NCBI GenBank assembly: GCA_002898715.1
Contig: BEIA01000003.1
Location: 1 to 48,528, forward strand
Source of the DNA: a bacterium HR24
Lineage (GTDB): Bacteria > Chloroflexota > Dehalococcoidia > SM23-28-2 > HRBIN24
Direction of reading: 5' to 3'
Length of the DNA stretch: 48,528 nt
Under the pieces are notes generated by a model, which saw nothing but the letters and a program-made list of their open reading frames with translations, was not told the DNA's origin and searched no databases. The translations under genes and the position numbers were made by a program. This document shows, piece after piece, positions 46,268 through 48,528 of this stretch. Within the stretch, counting starts at the first letter, position 1. Each line of letters begins with the position of its first letter.

Positions 46268-47395
46268 ATGCCTAAGCTCATCGGCCGCTCTTTGACCCTC
46301 GCCCAGGTCATCGACCGCTACGCCCGCCCCGGCGAGCTGTACGAACGGCTCGAGGGGGGCAAGGTGCGCTGTTACGCCTGTGGGCACCGCTGCGTGGTGC
46401 TGGACGGGCAGCGGGGTATCTGTCAGGTGCGGTTCAACCGGGGCGGCACACTCATGGTCCCCCATAACTATGTGGCTGCCCTGCAGTGCGACCCCATCGA
46501 GAAGAAGCCGTTCTTCCACGCCCTGCCCGGCGCGCTTGCCCTCACCTTCGGCATGCTGGGCTGCGACTACCATTGCCCCTACTGCCAGAACTGGGTCACC
46601 TCCCAGGCCCTGCGCGACCCGGTAGCCGGGGTGGAGCCCATGGAGGTCTCGGCTGAGGAGCTGGTCCAGATAGGCGAGCGCATGGGGGCCCGGGCCTATG
46701 TCAGCTCTTACAACGAGCCCCTCATCACCTCGGAATGGGCGGCGGAGGTGTTCCGCCTGGCCAAGGCGAGGGGGCACTTGACTGCCTACGTCTCCAACGG
46801 CAACGCCACTCGCGAGGCACTGGAGTACCTCCGGCCCTGGCTGGACTGCTACAAGGTCGACCTCAAGTCCATGAACCCTAAGAACTATCGCGTCCTCGGC
46901 GGCAAGCTGGAGCACGTGCTCGAGACCATCCGCATGACCTGGGAGATGGGGTTCTGGGTAGAAGTGGTGACGCTGGTCGTGCCGGGCTTCAACGACTCGA
47001 ATGAAGAGCTGCGCGATGCGGCCCGGTTCATCGCCTCGGTCTCTCCCGACATTCCCTGGCACGTCACCGCCTTCCACAAGGACTACAAGATGACCGACCC
47101 GGAAAACACGGACGCCCGCACACTGATGCGCGCCGCCGCCATCGGCCGGGAGGAGGGCCTGCGCTACGTGTACGCCGGCAACCTGCCGGGCATGGTGGGC
47201 GACTTCGAGAACACCCGCTGCCCTCGCTGCCAGCGCCTCCTCATCGGCCGCTACGGCTACCGCATCCTCGCCTACGAGCTGACGCCCGAGGGAGCATGCC
47301 CGGGTTGCGGCGAGCGCATACCGGGCGTCTGGTGGCAGGGAGAGCGGCCGCGACAGGTGGCCGACGCTCCCATTCCCCTGACGTACCGTATCTGA
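46268..47395 (+). CDS. amrS: AmmeMemoRadiSam system radical SAM enzyme
   Basis: CYAC..C..GICQVR, DPIEKKPFFH, CDYHCPYCQNW, YNEP, PWHVTAFH, YVYAGN, C-terminal CxxC pairs. Confidence 0.9.
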   Translation: MPKLIGRSLTLAQVIDRYARPGELYERLEGGKVRCYACGHRCVVLDGQRGICQVRFNRGGTLMVPHNYVAALQCDPIEKKPFFHALPGALALTFGMLGCDYHCPYCQNWVTSQALRDPVAGVEPMEVSAEELVQIGERMGARAYVSSYNEPLITSEWAAEVFRLAKARGHLTAYVSNGNATREALEYLRPWLDCYKVDLKSMNPKNYRVLGGKLEHVLETIRMTWEMGFWVEVVTLVVPGFNDSNEELRDAARFIASVSPDIPWHVTAFHKDYKMTDPENTDARTLMRAAAIGREEGLRYVYAGNLPGMVGDFENTRCPRCQRLLIGRYGYRILAYELTPEGACPGCGERIPGVWWQGERPRQVADAPIPLTYRI

Positions 47396-47499
47396 ACTCC
47401 GGCCCGCACGGCGGCAACTCACAGCGCCTCGGCACCCTCTCACAAGCCAGCGCCCGGGGATCAGCAGTGGGGCCCCGGTGTCATCGGTGGGGCATGCGC

Positions 47500-48528
47500 T
47501 CAGTCGGGTCGCAAGGCGGCGCCCACCTCGCCCGTCGGCGGGAAGTCCTGGGAAACGCTGGTCCAGGGGTCGGAGCTCGCCCAACTCCGCGAGCAGGACT
47601 CGCCGGGCTGGACCAGGGTGCACGACTGGACCCTCGGCCCCCCGAACCCCTGAACGCCCTCATAGAAGTGCATGTTGGACGCCTTCCCGGGCACGCTCAC
47701 CTGATTCTGGGCCCAGGCGAACGCCACGCCCAGGAACCGGTACACGCCTGCCACGAAGGCCCAGTGCTCGGTAGTGTCCCCGGGGAACCTGCGCGCGACC
47801 ATGCCTCCGACGAAGACGGCCTGTGAACAGCCGGCCCCGTTGCAGGCGGACAGCCGGTAGTAGAACGACCACATGTCGCCCGTGGGCATGCCGACGGGGA
47901 TTGTGTTGCCCCAGAGCAGAGAGGGGACAGGCACCTGTACCGAGTTGGTGCCGAAGTTGAACTCCCGGTTCAGGGCCGACTCCAGGAGGTAGGTGCTGGC
48001 CCCTTCTGAAGGGAGGAAGGAGATGCAGGCCACCCCCATCCCACAGGGCCAGATGGAGGCCAGCGACGGGGCCGACGGAGGCTCCTGGGCGGTCGGGATG
48101 GCGGGCCCGCCCGGGTCGGTGATGACCCCGTTGGCGATGCCGTCCCCGTCGCCCAGCCCGCCATCGATGAGGGTGAGGAAGATGACGTTGTCGCCGTCGT
48201 TGTCGCCCAGGGAGAGCGGGGCCCACAACCGGCCCCCTCCGCCTTCACCCCCTCCACCGATGCCACCACTGCCGCCGCTTCCGCCTCCGCCGTCGACGCC
48301 ATCGCCACCCCCGCCGCCGCTTCCGCCTCCGCCGTCGACGCCATCGCCACCACTGCCGCCGCTTCCGCCTCCGCCGCCGATCCCGCCGCCCCCGCCGCCG
48401 ATCCCGCCGCCCCCGCCGCCTCCGCTCCTCCGGAGCTTCAGCCAAACGGCATTGGAGGGAATGGCCTGGGGCAGGGTGACCTGAACCGTGATACTGCCGC
48501 CCAGGGGCACCTCCGCGGCGCTCAGGCA
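47500..48528 (-). CDS. Partial surface/secreted protein: choice-of-anchor-U-like domain plus FN3-like domain (5' end outside window)
   Basis: Frame open to the window edge; LTLIDGGLGDGDGIANGVITDPGGP; YYRLSACNGAGCS. Confidence 0.65.
   Translation of the reverse strand, partial: CLSAAEVPLGGSITVQVTLPQAIPSNAVWLKLRRSGGGGGGGIGGGGGGIGGGGGSGGSGGDGVDGGGGSGGGGGDGVDGGGGSGGSGGIGGGGEGGGGRLWAPLSLGDNDGDNVIFLTLIDGGLGDGDGIANGVITDPGGPAIPTAQEPPSAPSLASIWPCGMGVACISFLPSEGASTYLLESALNREFNFGTNSVQVPVPSLLWGNTIPVGMPTGDMWSFYYRLSACNGAGCSQAVFVGGMVARRFPGDTTEHWAFVAGVYRFLGVAFAWAQNQVSVPGKASNMHFYEGVQGFGGPRVQSCTLVQPGESCSRSWASSDPWTSVSQDFPPTGEVGAALRPD
48232..48424. repeat. Gly-encoding tandem repeats (42-bp and 21-bp units)
   Basis: 42-bp unit at 48271-48312 and 48313-48354 plus a partial third copy, then CCGATCCCGCCGCCCCCGCCG twice. 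Confidence 0.9.

Noticed and set aside
47993-48484. Poly-Pro and Arg-rich ORFs
   Set aside because: They are alternative-frame readings of the Gly repeat.
1-48528. CRISPR arrays, tRNA/rRNA, transposases, integrases, selenocysteine read-through
   Set aside because: None seen. The only tandem repeats are coding PT and Gly tracts, and no TGA interrupts a conserved domain.

Overview
A GC-rich bacterial chromosomal window of about 45 CDSs. I found no rRNA, tRNA, CRISPR array or mobile element. Gene content (F420 enzymes, LLM oxidoreductases, RecG with an N-terminal extension) suggests Chloroflexota, possibly Dehalococcoidia-like; this is inference only. (1) 3.2-9.5 kb is a sulfur-amino-acid locus: a SAM-I riboswitch controls a threonine-synthase-like gene, a NIL protein and a MoaD/CysO carrier, followed by an Rrf2-cysK-(carrier::MoeB fusion)-carrier-cysM operon. 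Two of the three carriers have a masked GG|Q end, and a CCC-TGA site could fuse the third carrier to CysM by a +1 frameshift. (2) 9.5-36.5 kb is mostly housekeeping: degV, recG, argS (HIGH motif replaced by TVAA), IMPase, aminotransferase, MOSC, gatCA, methyltransferase, class A PBP, KimA-like transporter, npdG, cofE, CoA-transferase A/B, glcDEF, LLM and glpK. (3) 37.8-46.2 kb is the best candidate for an undescribed system. An AraC gene sits beside two convergent operons: VOC - lipoprotein SBP - alpha/beta hydrolase - LLM, and cupin - cupin - Cdc48/p97-like ATPase. Their promoters share an ungapped 40-bp motif (26/40 identical). The ATPase has a Walker-B E->Q change in D2, and the cupins look like one metal-binding and one degenerate subunit. 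(4) The window ends with amrS and a partial surface protein carrying a Gly tandem-repeat insertion. All calls come from motif reading by eye; no searches were run.
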